Shown here one piece after another: positions 1 through 9,045 of a DNA stretch of 64,000 nt (its first letter is position 1; the number at the start of each line of letters is the position of its first letter). The DNA comes from an uncultured Woeseiaceae bacterium (GTDB lineage: Bacteria; Pseudomonadota; Gammaproteobacteria; Steroidobacterales; Woeseiaceae), in NCBI GenBank assembly GCA_963976215.1, contig CAXBJV010000014.1, positions 6,158-70,157 on the forward strand. The letters run 5' to 3'. The translations under genes and the position numbers were made by a program. The notes below the pieces were generated by a model that had not been told where the DNA came from, made no database searches, and worked only from the letters and a program-made list of their open reading frames with translations.

Positions 1-210
1 GATCGCAATCACCGGGATGTGATCGAGCGCCGCCTCTTCGAGAATACCCACGCCGAGCCCGGTCTTGCCAGAACCCGTCATGCCGATAATCACCGCATGC
101 GTCGTCAGGTCCTTGGAGTCGTATAGGACCAGCTCGTCGGTCAGTTTGTCAGTCTCGTCATCAACGCGCTTGCCAAGATAAAACGCGCCGAGTTTCTCGA
201 AGTCATGCAT
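1..210 (-). CDS. P-loop ATPase, HerA/DUF87-like, N-terminal fragment (gene runs off the window start)
   Basis: Minus-strand translation from the ATG at 210 gives [18 protein letters not shown]...[32 protein letters not shown]. It has a Walker A motif (GMTGSGKT), an AAGGA Shine-Dalgarno upstream, and is still open at position 1. The family name is from recall of the N-terminal motif only. Confidence 0.5.
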   Translation of the reverse strand, partial: MHDFEKLGAFYLGKRVDDETDKLTDELVLYDSKDLTTHAVIIGMTGSGKTGLGVGILEEAALDHIPVIAI

Positions 211-222
211 GTGCTGCTGTCC

Positions 223-1752
223 TTACGGGTATGTGTAGCTCGCCTGAATACCCAGCGGGAAACCCAATGCGAAATAAATAAGCAGGAAGATTGTCCACAA
301 CACCAGGAATGACATCGAAAACGGCAGCATCAGAGCTGTCAATGTTCCGATGCCGGTGCTCTTCACGTAGCGTTGGCAATACACCACAACCAGCGGGAAG
401 TATGGCATCAGCGGCGTGATGATATTGGTGCTGGAATCACCAACGCGATAAGCCGCCTGCGTCAGGTCCGGCGAAATACCGAGTGACATCAGCATCGGCA
501 CGAAGATGGGTGCCAGCAAGCCCCACTTGCCGCTCGCCGAACCGACGAAAATATTCACAACTGCGGTCAGCACAATGATGCCGATGATGGTTACCGCTGC
601 GGGCATCGCCATTGCCTGCAGGAATGCGGCCCCCTGTAATGCAAGCAACACGCCGAGGTTGGATTGACCAAACGCGTAGACGAACTGCGCAATGAAAAAC
701 ATAATAACCAGGTAGTAGGCCATGCTGTGCATCGATTTCGTCATGCCGACGATGATGTCCTTGGTGCCTTTGACCGTTCCGGCAACGTAGCCATAGACGA
801 CGCCGGGGATCAGGAACAACAGGAATATCAACGACACAATCGAGCGCATGAGCGGCGCCTGGAAGCTCGAAATGTTTCCGCTTGTGTCGCGCCACGGGGA
901 GCCGACTGGCAATGCTGTCACAAATAACAGAATTACGCCGAGCAACATGGCGATAAGCGACCAGCGCAGACCTTTACGCTCGTGGTCCTCAAGATCGTGC
1001 ATCTCCGGCAGGTCCTCGGCATCGCCGTCGACTTCAACACCCGCCAGTCGTGGCTCAATGATCTTCGAGGTCACGTACCAGCCGATACCGATAATGAGCA
1101 GCGAGGATGCTGTTGTGAAGAAATAATTGTTGAGCGGATTCAGCTCAATGGCCGGATCGAGAATCCGCGCGCCCGCCTGCGACAGGCCCTGCAACAGTGG
1201 ATCAATCGAGGATGGGATGAAGCTCGCTGAAAAGCCGCCGGAGACACCAGCAAATGCAGCGGCGATACCTGCGAGCGGGTGCCGTCCTGCGGCGTAAAAG
1301 ATAACGCCGCCCAGCGGGATAACTAGAACGTAACCGGCATCCGCTGCTGTGTGACTCGCAATGCCAACCATGATCACCATCGGCGTCAGGAAGCGGTCGC
1401 TCGTCACATTAAGGAGTGCGCGCAGGCCCGTGTTAATAAAGCCGGTTGCTTCGGCAACACCGATGCCCAGCATCGCGACCAGCACGACGCCGACCGGGTG
1501 AAAGTGCGAGAAATTGGTGACCATTACCGAGAGGAACTCGGTCAGCGCCGCCCCCGCCAGCAGGTTGTTGATGACGAGAGTCTCACCCGAGCGCGGATCG
1601 ACAACATCGAACGTCACGTAAGACAGCAGCCAGGAAAGAACCCAGACCACGACCAACAACCCGACGAACAACATCGCCGGATCCGGGAGCTTGTTGCCTA
1701 CCCGCTCTACCGTTCCAAGAAACCCGCCTGACGCGGTACTCTGGTTCGACAT
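223..1752 (-). CDS. AbgT family (p-aminobenzoyl-glutamate/dipeptide-type) transporter
   Basis: 509-aa polytopic membrane ORF. The N-terminus FLGTVERVGNKLPDPAMLFV and the overall length are typical of AbgT. Confidence 0.85.
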   Translation of the reverse strand: MSNQSTASGGFLGTVERVGNKLPDPAMLFVGLLVVVWVLSWLLSYVTFDVVDPRSGETLVINNLLAGAALTEFLSVMVTNFSHFHPVGVVLVAMLGIGVAEATGFINTGLRALLNVTSDRFLTPMVIMVGIASHTAADAGYVLVIPLGGVIFYAAGRHPLAGIAAAFAGVSGGFSASFIPSSIDPLLQGLSQAGARILDPAIELNPLNNYFFTTASSLLIIGIGWYVTSKIIEPRLAGVEVDGDAEDLPEMHDLEDHERKGLRWSLIAMLLGVILLFVTALPVGSPWRDTSGNISSFQAPLMRSIVSLIFLLFLIPGVVYGYVAGTVKGTKDIIVGMTKSMHSMAYYLVIMFFIAQFVYAFGQSNLGVLLALQGAAFLQAMAMPAAVTIIGIIVLTAVVNIFVGSASGKWGLLAPIFVPMLMSLGISPDLTQAAYRVGDSSTNIITPLMPYFPLVVVYCQRYVKSTGIGTLTALMLPFSMSFLVLWTIFLLIYFALGFPLGIQASYTYP

Positions 1753-1830
1753 ACCAATCCCCTGATTCTTATTGTTGTATGGATCTTACCCGATTCCACC
1801 TCATCAGCTGCGGCAATATGTCCCTGCGGC

Positions 1831-3651
1831 CTACCAGCCGCAGCTACGACCGGCGTTCTGTTCTTTCAGGTAGCCCATCAGCGGCGCGAAGTAGTCGATG
1901 ATCGCTGTTGCGTCCATTTCGCGGGTGCCGGTCAGCAGCTCCAATGTGTCCTGCCACGGTTGGCTCGCACCAGCCGCCATCATGGCATGAAATTTCTCAC
2001 CCGCCTCTTCGCTGCCATAGATCGAACAGGCCGCAAGGTCGCCTTCATGGCCAGCGACTTCGCAAAGTGAACGCTGGAACTGAAATTGCAGGATGCGCGC
2101 GAGGAAATAACGCGTGTAAGAAACGTTCGCCGGGATATGGTATTTCGAGCCAGGGTCGAAATCGGCCTCGCTGCGCTCAACCGGCGGTGCGATACCCTGG
2201 TAACGCGTGCGCATTTCCCACCACGCCTTGTTGTAATCCTCCGGTTTGATTTCGCCGGAAAACACCCCCCAGCGCCATTCGTCGATCAGCTTGCCAAACG
2301 GCAGGAACGCGATTTTGTCGAGTGCCATCTGCATTTGCCGGTTGATGACCGCCTGCTCGCTTTCTTCCGCCGAGCTGACAAGGCCGACTTCTTTGAGGTA
2401 CTCAGGCGTCATCGACAAGGTCACGGTATCGCCGATCGCCTCGTGGAAGCCCGAATGCGCACTGCCCTGGAACAGCGGCGGCTGATCCTTGTACGCCGCC
2501 TGGTAATAGTTGTGTCCGAGCTCGTGATAGATCACGCGCAGTTCGTCATAGGTTTGCTTGATGCACATCTTGATGCGCAGGTCGTTGCCACCGTCGAGGC
2601 CCCAGGCGCTGGCATGACAAACAACGTCGCGATCCTGCGGCTTCGTAAACTGCGAACGTTCCCAGAACGTATCCGGCAGGCGGTCCATGCCCAGCGACAC
2701 ATAGAAGTTTTCCGCCGAACGCACCATTTCCTGTGGTGAGTAGTCTTTTTTCTTCAGCGTGCTGTCGACATCAAGATCCGAAACACCCGGGTACGGTTCC
2801 ATCAGGTCATAAATAAAGCCCCATTCCTGCGCCCACATGTTGCCCAGCAGGTGGGCCGGAATCGGACCGTCCTGCGGGACCTTGTCTTCGCCGTAGTGTT
2901 CGCCAAGCTTCGCACGAACCGCGCAATGCAGCTCGTCGTATAAGGGTTTGACCTGTTCCCAGAGTCGCGACGCCTCGCCCTCGAACTCTGCCGGGCTCAT
3001 GTCGTACCCGGCGCGCCACATCTCGCCGAGATCCGCGTAACCCAGGACGCCCGCCCCTTCGTTCGCGAGTTCGACATAGCGCTCGTATTTCTCTCGCATC
3101 GGTGGTGCGATGGTGCGCCAGCCGGCCCAGTATTCTGCAAGTTCATCGTAGTCGCGGCTGGTTTGCATCAGGCCTTCCAGCTCGGATCCCGAGATGCAAT
3201 CGTTGTCGTTGCGGCAGTACTTTCCGGCGCCGTACATGCCCGTCAACTCAGTGGCTATCTGCGTCAGCTCCTTGAGCTTCTCCGGAGACTCGGGTGCCGG
3301 CAGCGATGTGCCGAGTTTCAGCAGGTCGATGGCACGACGCGTACTGGCATCGAGCTCCTGGTCATCATAGGCGAGCGCCTGCTTCACCATGCCGCTGTGC
3401 CATTGCGCGTATTTCTCGCTCGCGGCCGACGCAAGGATAGCCGTGTCGCCGGTGATATAGGTTGCGCGCACCCACTGAGCAGCTCCAATCTCGCGGCTAA
3501 GCTCTGCAAGTTCGGTATTTGCGCGCGCTACGAATTCCTCGGCTGTCTCTGTTGGCGCGGTGACACTTGCCTCTTCGGATGGCGGTTGTGAGCAAGCTGA
3601 AATGACAGACACGAGCAGTACGCCCGCGAATAGTGCAGCGAGATTTTTCAT
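1831..3651 (-). CDS. Secreted M2 (angiotensin-converting-enzyme-like) zinc peptidyl-dipeptidase, probable lipoprotein
   Basis: 606 aa. Signal peptide with lipobox (VISAC). Zinc motif HELGH followed by GFHEAIGD, which is the ACE/M2 signature. Confidence 0.85.
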   Translation of the reverse strand: MKNLAALFAGVLLVSVISACSQPPSEEASVTAPTETAEEFVARANTELAELSREIGAAQWVRATYITGDTAILASAASEKYAQWHSGMVKQALAYDDQELDASTRRAIDLLKLGTSLPAPESPEKLKELTQIATELTGMYGAGKYCRNDNDCISGSELEGLMQTSRDYDELAEYWAGWRTIAPPMREKYERYVELANEGAGVLGYADLGEMWRAGYDMSPAEFEGEASRLWEQVKPLYDELHCAVRAKLGEHYGEDKVPQDGPIPAHLLGNMWAQEWGFIYDLMEPYPGVSDLDVDSTLKKKDYSPQEMVRSAENFYVSLGMDRLPDTFWERSQFTKPQDRDVVCHASAWGLDGGNDLRIKMCIKQTYDELRVIYHELGHNYYQAAYKDQPPLFQGSAHSGFHEAIGDTVTLSMTPEYLKEVGLVSSAEESEQAVINRQMQMALDKIAFLPFGKLIDEWRWGVFSGEIKPEDYNKAWWEMRTRYQGIAPPVERSEADFDPGSKYHIPANVSYTRYFLARILQFQFQRSLCEVAGHEGDLAACSIYGSEEAGEKFHAMMAAGASQPWQDTLELLTGTREMDATAIIDYFAPLMGYLKEQNAGRSCGW

Positions 3652-3679
3652 AAGCGTAATCCAGTCTTATTGATTAACC

Positions 3680-5494
3680 CTAGTGAATACCATGCATCCA
3701 GCGACGCAGGATTGGTGAAATCAGGATCATGATGGCGCCGGCGACCAGGCCGAACCACATCAGGAATGAGAACAGTTCCGTGTAAGAAGCCAGTGCAACC
3801 GCAACATCCGCCGATTCACCCGCGGTTGTGTCGATCGCGGCCATCTTGCCGATTCGGGTCGCAACGGTTTCCGACAGCGCGGTTGCCAGGAACCAGGTAC
3901 CCATGCTGACGCCGACAACGCTGCCGATCGACAGCTTGGTGACCGCCGACAGACCGACAGGCGACAGGCAAAGTTCACCGGTGGTGTGCAGCAGGTAAGC
4001 GAGGATCAACCAGATCATCGCTACCTGGCCCACCGCGTTCGGGTGTTCGGCGCCGTACACCAGCGCGCCGAAGCCGAGCCCAACCTGAACGATGCCGAGG
4101 CCGAACTTGACCGGCGTATTCGGTTCCAGGTCTTTTTTCGCAAGCCAGGTCCACAATGCCGCAAACGGGATCGCGAGCAACATGATAAAGCCGGCGTTCA
4201 GCGAACCGAACTGGGACGCGGTGAATGTCGTCGAACCGACGGTTCGATCGACAACCCGGTCGGCGTACAGCGTCATTGAGCCAGCCGACTGTTCGAACAG
4301 TGCCCAAAAGACAATCGTCGACAGGATCAAAATCATCAGAACCACGGTGCGCCCGAATTCCGGCGAGTAGTGCGTCAGGAAACCGTAGATGACAAAGCCG
4401 ATGATCAGGAAGATCGACAGGTACAGGACCTCGTCGGCAACTGCCTCGAGCCCGCCAATCGGATGCAGGTTCGCGATGACCGCGAGAATACCGGAAATTA
4501 TCGCAATCGCTGCAATCGTATAGGCGAGGTTATTGTTGGCATCTTTTTTGGTGTGAACCATCGAGTACAGGATCAGGCTGACGACAGCGACGATCAGGAA
4601 AACGTTTTGCGTGATCAGGACCACCGGCTCGTTCTGCACCAGCAGCCAGAAGATATACAGGAACGGCAGGCTTAAGAGGTAAATGCCCCACTCAACGTTA
4701 ATCGGCCCGAGCAAACTCTTCTTCAGTTTCTCTGGTTCGCTCGGTTCTGCCAGGCCCAGCAAGTGCTTCTGGCCGATCGTAAAAGTGATTAGCCCGATGA
4801 TCATGCCGATACCCGCAGCGCCGAAGCCGTACTTCCAGCCAAAGGTTTCACCGAGCCAGCCGCACAACAGCGTTGCGGTAAACGAGCCGATATTGATGCC
4901 CATGTAGAAAATCGTGAAACCGCCGTCGCGGCGCGGGTCGTCCTGTGCGTACAGTCTGCCAACGATGGTCGAGATGTTCGGCTTCAGGTAACCAACGCCC
5001 ATGACGATCAGCGCCAACGCCAGGTAGAAGACCTTGAGTGCTGCCGTATCCTGAAGAGTGACGTCTTCGGCGAGCACGGTGCCGGCGGCCAGCACCTGGC
5101 CGCTTGCCAGTGTCAGGTTTTCGGCAAGCGTGGTTCCCGCGGCGTAAAATTTCGCGGCATGTCCTTCGACCGCCATCAGGATATGACCAAGAGATAAAAG
5201 GATGCCGCCAAACAAAACGGACTTTCTCATGCCCAGGTAACGATCGGCGATCATGCCGCCGATAAGTGGCAGTGCGTACACGAGACCGGCATAGGAACCA
5301 AGGACATCGAGTCCTTCGCCATCAGAAAACAGGTGATACTTTGTCAGGTAAAGCAGTAACAGGTATTTCATTCCGTAAAATGAAAACCGCTCCCACAGTT
5401 CCGTCGTAAAGCAAACGTACAAGCCCTTTGGATGACCCAGGAACTCTTCCTGGTTGGCTAAAGCGTCCGCTGGCGCGGCGACGGCGTCGTTCAT
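3680..5494 (-). CDS. POT/PTR2 family proton-dependent oligopeptide transporter
   Basis: 604 aa with the PTR2 signature ELWERFSFYGM and the motif GYLKPNISTIVG. Polytopic membrane protein. Confidence 0.85.
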   Translation of the reverse strand: MNDAVAAPADALANQEEFLGHPKGLYVCFTTELWERFSFYGMKYLLLLYLTKYHLFSDGEGLDVLGSYAGLVYALPLIGGMIADRYLGMRKSVLFGGILLSLGHILMAVEGHAAKFYAAGTTLAENLTLASGQVLAAGTVLAEDVTLQDTAALKVFYLALALIVMGVGYLKPNISTIVGRLYAQDDPRRDGGFTIFYMGINIGSFTATLLCGWLGETFGWKYGFGAAGIGMIIGLITFTIGQKHLLGLAEPSEPEKLKKSLLGPINVEWGIYLLSLPFLYIFWLLVQNEPVVLITQNVFLIVAVVSLILYSMVHTKKDANNNLAYTIAAIAIISGILAVIANLHPIGGLEAVADEVLYLSIFLIIGFVIYGFLTHYSPEFGRTVVLMILILSTIVFWALFEQSAGSMTLYADRVVDRTVGSTTFTASQFGSLNAGFIMLLAIPFAALWTWLAKKDLEPNTPVKFGLGIVQVGLGFGALVYGAEHPNAVGQVAMIWLILAYLLHTTGELCLSPVGLSAVTKLSIGSVVGVSMGTWFLATALSETVATRIGKMAAIDTTAGESADVAVALASYTELFSFLMWFGLVAGAIMILISPILRRWMHGIH

Positions 5495-5584
5495 ACTGTG
5501 TGTCCCCCGGGAGGCGTCAAGCGCCGTTTTGAATTCTAGGGTGGGTCAGGTAGTTGCATTTAACACTATTTCTACCCTGTTAGG

Positions 5585-6328
5585 CTACTCGACAGCCTTT
5601 TGCCTGAATAGTTTCGACATAATAATGCCGAGTTCATAAAGCAGGTAAACGGGGACGGCCAGTATGGTCTGCGAAATAACGTCCGGCGGGGTCAGCAACA
5701 TGCCGACGACGAAGGCACCCAGAAATACATAAGGCCGCGCTTTCGCGAGTTTTTCCGGCGTCGTCAAGCCGGTAGCGACTGTCAGAACTGTTGCCACCGG
5801 CGTTTCAAAAGCGATGCCGAACACCAGCGCAATCAACATGACAAAGCTGACGTACTCAGCCATGTCCGGTTTCCATTCAACGACGTCCGGCGTGAATGCT
5901 GCGACAAAGCCGAATATCAGCGGAAAGACCACGTAATAAGCGAATGCAAGCCCGGCAAAAAACAGGATCACGCTGGTCGCGAGTAGTGGCAACGCGAACT
6001 TCTTTTCCTTCCTGTAAAGACCCGGCGCAACAAAGGCCCACACCTGGTAGAGAACGATTGGCATGGAAATAAAAAGCGCCAGGTAGAAGGTCAGGGAGAT
6101 CGTAGACGTCAAAGAATTGACGGCGCCGATAGCCTGCATCTCACCACTCGGCACAAATCGTGTCAGGGGCTCGGCAACAAAATTAAATATCGTTCGAGCA
6201 AAGGGGATTAAAGCGAGAAACACCAAAAAAACACTGCCAAAAATCCAGAACAGGCGACCTCGCAACTCGACCAGATGCGACATCAGCGTACCTTCGCCAA
6301 GCTCCTCTTTTTCCTGCGTGTCGCTCAA
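5585..6328 (-). CDS. tatC: Twin-arginine translocase subunit TatC
   Basis: 247 aa with six predicted TM segments. The motif LVELRGRL and its position after tatA/tatB fit TatC. Confidence 0.9.
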   Translation of the reverse strand: MSDTQEKEELGEGTLMSHLVELRGRLFWIFGSVFLVFLALIPFARTIFNFVAEPLTRFVPSGEMQAIGAVNSLTSTISLTFYLALFISMPIVLYQVWAFVAPGLYRKEKKFALPLLATSVILFFAGLAFAYYVVFPLIFGFVAAFTPDVVEWKPDMAEYVSFVMLIALVFGIAFETPVATVLTVATGLTTPEKLAKARPYVFLGAFVVGMLLTPPDVISQTILAVPVYLLYELGIIMSKLFRQKAVE

Positions 6329-6678
6329 GGACGGGTGTCCTCTCCGGCCGCGGGCTCTTTGTCGGTATCGGCCTGGGTATCATTCCGGGTGTCGACGTCG
6401 GCATCGACCTCATCCTCTTCGTCGTGCAACGGAGAATACGTGTCGTCGTCACGTGGCTTCATCATTTCGGTCGGGTCGAGTTCTTTTGGATCGAAGCCAA
6501 AGTTTTTCTCGACGCTGACTTCTTCTTCAAGTTGGCGTTGCAGGGAGCGTGTCATCTGGCGCGCCTTGCCAACCCACTGGCCGACCTGGCGTGCCACGCG
6601 CGGCAAGCGCTCGGGCCCCAGGATCAGGAGCCCGATCAGTACGAGAAGAATGAATTCGGAACCGCCGATTCCTGACAT
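6325..6678 (-). CDS. tatB: Twin-arginine translocase subunit TatB
   Basis: 117 aa. N-terminus GIGGSEFILLVLIGLLILGPERLP followed by an acidic tail. 4-nt overlap with tatC. Confidence 0.85.
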   Translation of the reverse strand: MSGIGGSEFILLVLIGLLILGPERLPRVARQVGQWVGKARQMTRSLQRQLEEEVSVEKNFGFDPKELDPTEMMKPRDDDTYSPLHDEEDEVDADVDTRNDTQADTDKEPAAGEDTRP

Positions 6679-6690
6679 GGTCGCAGCGCG

Positions 6691-6933
6691 TTACGCGTCT
6701 TTTTTCTCAGCGCTCTCTTCGGCGGGCGTGTTGTCGAAGTCTGCGTCGCCGGAGTTGCTGCTCGAGTCGCTGAGCTGGTCCTTGGCCTCATCGGCTTCGT
6801 TCATTGCGTTGCGAAAACCTTTTACGGACTTGCCGAGGTCGCTGCCCAGCGAACTGAGTTTTTTGGTACCGAAGATAGCCAATACTATGACCAGGATGAT
6901 CAGTAATTGCCACGGTCCGATGTTGGCGAACAT
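6691..6933 (-). CDS. tatA: Twin-arginine translocase subunit TatA
   Basis: I chose the internal ATG at 6933 ([26 protein letters not shown]), which has a GGGAG Shine-Dalgarno upstream. The longer ORF to 7041 adds a non-TatA-like leader. Confidence 0.85.
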   Translation of the reverse strand: MFANIGPWQLLIILVIVLAIFGTKKLSSLGSDLGKSVKGFRNAMNEADEAKDQLSDSSSNSGDADFDNTPAEESAEKKDA

Positions 6934-7076
6934 TATTGTAACTCCCGGGGTCTTGCCCCTGATCGAATGACTTGCGCCGACAATGCCGCACGGAAATGCC
7001 GGGCGCGAATTATGTTCATGATACGCCAGCGAACGCAACAAAACCGTACCGGCGTCACAGGGTGCCCGGCGGGCCC

Positions 7077-7514
7077 TCAGGATTCGAGCCAGAAGGTTAC
7101 TGGTCCGTCATTAACGAGCTGAATCTGCATGTCGGCACTGAACTGGCCGACTTCGACGCAGGTCAGTCGTTCGCGGCAGCATGCCACCAGCTGATCGAAG
7201 TATGCGCTGGCCTTTTCCGGATCGGCACCCTTGGTGAAACTGGCGCGCGTGCCCTTTCGGGTATCCGCCGCGAGCGTGAATTGTGGCACCAGCAGCAATC
7301 CGCCACCGATGTCCTCAACGCTACGATTCATGCGACCTGCAGCGTCCGGGAACACCCGGTAGGTCATTACGCGCTCGGCGAGGCGCGTGATGTCGTAGTC
7401 CTCGTCGTCCCGGTGAATGGCCACGAACGCCAGCAAACCACGGCCAATCTTGCCGATCACCTGCTTGTCGACACTGACCGATGCCTCGCTGACCCTTTGT
7501 ATCAAAGCGATCAT
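7077..7514 (-). CDS. dtd: D-aminoacyl-tRNA deacylase
   Basis: Starts at [15 protein letters not shown], giving 145 aa, the typical Dtd length. The C-terminal motif NDGPVTF is present. Confidence 0.85.
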   Translation of the reverse strand: MIALIQRVSEASVSVDKQVIGKIGRGLLAFVAIHRDDEDYDITRLAERVMTYRVFPDAAGRMNRSVEDIGGGLLLVPQFTLAADTRKGTRASFTKGADPEKASAYFDQLVACCRERLTCVEVGQFSADMQIQLVNDGPVTFWLES

Positions 7515-7713
7515 TTCTTGTTCCTTGTTATTTCGTTGCCACGATACTTGGGCCTTTATTAATGCATCAAGCAATTACGAATAGCTACACCCCGGTGCCG
7601 GCTCTGCAACACTGGATTGCCGGCCGGTGGGCAGGCGTGTCGTTTCGCGCCCCTCTTTCCCGGGCCATGGAGGGCGTGGACAGGGTAAGCCCGTCGGCCG
7701 GACCAAGGAAGCA

Positions 7714-7745
7714 GGGCCCCGGCACGCGGTCGGGGCCCATTTTTC
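7714..7745 (+). terminator. Intrinsic terminator on the plus strand with no upstream plus-strand gene
   Basis: Perfect 8-bp GC stem GGGCCCCG (7714-7721) / CGGGGCCC (7731-7738) with a 9-nt loop, followed by ATTTTTC. Confidence 0.5.
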
Positions 7746-7746
7746 A

Positions 7747-7830
7747 ATAAAAGTGGGCGATTATTATCATATTTAACCCAATTTCCTCCATAAGTGGGAA
7801 CTTCATACGACTCTATTTTCCCACTTTTAT
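7747..7830. promoter_or_regulatory. Candidate operator: 11-bp inverted repeat plus a third half-site upstream of the TRAP binding-protein gene
   Basis: ATAAAAGTGGG (7747-7757) and its exact reverse complement CCCACTTTTAT (7820-7830). A third AAGTGGG lies at 7792-7798. The element sits in AT-rich DNA 85 nt upstream of the ATG at 7915. Confidence 0.3.
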
Positions 7831-7914
7831 CGCGACATACATCTAAAATGACTGGTTGAGTCGCCTTGATCGACCGCATAGACTAGTGCGCACCCGTCAA
7901 GTACCGGATTTATA

Positions 7915-9024
7915 ATGAAAAGAAGAGAATTTGTGGGTGGTATTGCCGCCGCCGCAGGGTTGGCTGGCTGTTCAAAAACCAGTGACACGGGCCAGGGAGC
8001 CTGTAGCGATGCCGGCACGCAGGCCGGGCAATTCGAATGGTCCTGTGTCACGTCCTGGCCGCCGAAGTTTCCAGGGCTGGGAATGGCCGTAGAAAACCTG
8101 GCCGAACGGCTCGGGCGTGCCTCCGGCGGTCGCCTCAAGATAAAGGTCTACGGGGGCGGCGAGCTGGTGCCGGCCTTCGAAGTATTCGACGCCGTCAGCC
8201 GCGGCGCAGTCGAAATGGGTCACGATGCGTCCTACTACCACAAGGGCAAGGTAGACGCGGCGCAGTTCTTCACGGCAATACCGTTCGGCATGAGCTACAT
8301 GGAGCTCAATGCGTGGATTTACTACGGCGGCGGTCTCGAGCTCTGGCGGGAGCTGTATGAGCCTTTCAACCTGGTGCCGTTTCTGTGCGGTAACACCGGC
8401 GTACAGATGGGCGGCTGGTTCAACAAGGAGATCAACAGCGTTGCCGACCTGAAAGGATTGCGCATGCGCATCCCCGGCCTCGGTGGCGAGGTACTGCGGC
8501 GCGCGGGCGGGACACCGGTAACGCTTCCCGGCGCAGAGATTTTTACCTCCCTGCAAACCGGGGTGATCGATGCGACCGAGTGGGTCGGTCCGTACAACGA
8601 CGTCTCATTCGGCCTGCACAAGGCCGCCAAATACTATTACTACCCGGGCTGGCAGGAGCCGGGCCCGGGCCTTGAGTGCATCATCAACAAGGAACACTGG
8701 GACGCGCTGCCGCCAGACTTGCAGGCCCTGGTCGACATCACCTGCCAATCGATAACGACGGACATGGCGGCTGAATACAGTCACGGCAACGCCAATTCGC
8801 TGCAGCAAATTCTTGAGGACAAGAAAATTGACGTGCGCCCGTTTCCGGACGATGTCCTGCAGCACCTGAAACGCATAACGCGAGAGATCGTCGAGGAAAT
8901 GGCCGCAGCGGATCCGGCCATGGCAAAAATTGGCACAGCCTATTACGCCTACCTCGACAAGATGCGGGCGAACACGCGCATATCGGAACAGGCTTATCTT
9001 GATACGCGCAAAGAGCCGTCCTGA
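7915..9024 (+). CDS. TRAP transporter solute-binding protein (DctP-type, mannitol/chloroaromatic subgroup), Tat-type signal
   Basis: 369 aa. N-terminus MKRREFVGGIAAAAGLAGC. Conserved stretches YYHKGK..FFTAIPFGM and IDATEWVGPYND. Confidence 0.85.
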   Translation: MKRREFVGGIAAAAGLAGCSKTSDTGQGACSDAGTQAGQFEWSCVTSWPPKFPGLGMAVENLAERLGRASGGRLKIKVYGGGELVPAFEVFDAVSRGAVEMGHDASYYHKGKVDAAQFFTAIPFGMSYMELNAWIYYGGGLELWRELYEPFNLVPFLCGNTGVQMGGWFNKEINSVADLKGLRMRIPGLGGEVLRRAGGTPVTLPGAEIFTSLQTGVIDATEWVGPYNDVSFGLHKAAKYYYYPGWQEPGPGLECIINKEHWDALPPDLQALVDITCQSITTDMAAEYSHGNANSLQQILEDKKIDVRPFPDDVLQHLKRITREIVEEMAAADPAMAKIGTAYYAYLDKMRANTRISEQAYLDTRKEPS

Positions 9025-9045
9025 TACAGACTGATTATCCGCGTG

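Noticed and set aside
6275-6970. 231-aa plus-strand ORF antisense to tatB and tatA.
   Set aside because: It lies entirely opposite two confidently identified genes. It is Ser/Arg-rich and is a typical high-GC antisense ORF.
7695-7716. CCGGACCAAGGAAGCAGGG resembles the GGAAGCAG core of SRP (4.5S) RNA domain IV.
   Set aside because: The flanking GNRA tetraloop and the symmetric-loop context of 4.5S RNA are not present. The resemblance covers only about 8 nt.
7559-7879. ORFs 7559-7879 (-) and 7562-7750 (+) in the dtd-to-TRAP intergenic region.
   Set aside because: Their translations are Pro/Arg/Gly-rich and non-protein-like. They span a GC-rich structured segment plus an AT-rich promoter block. 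The region is better explained as non-coding.
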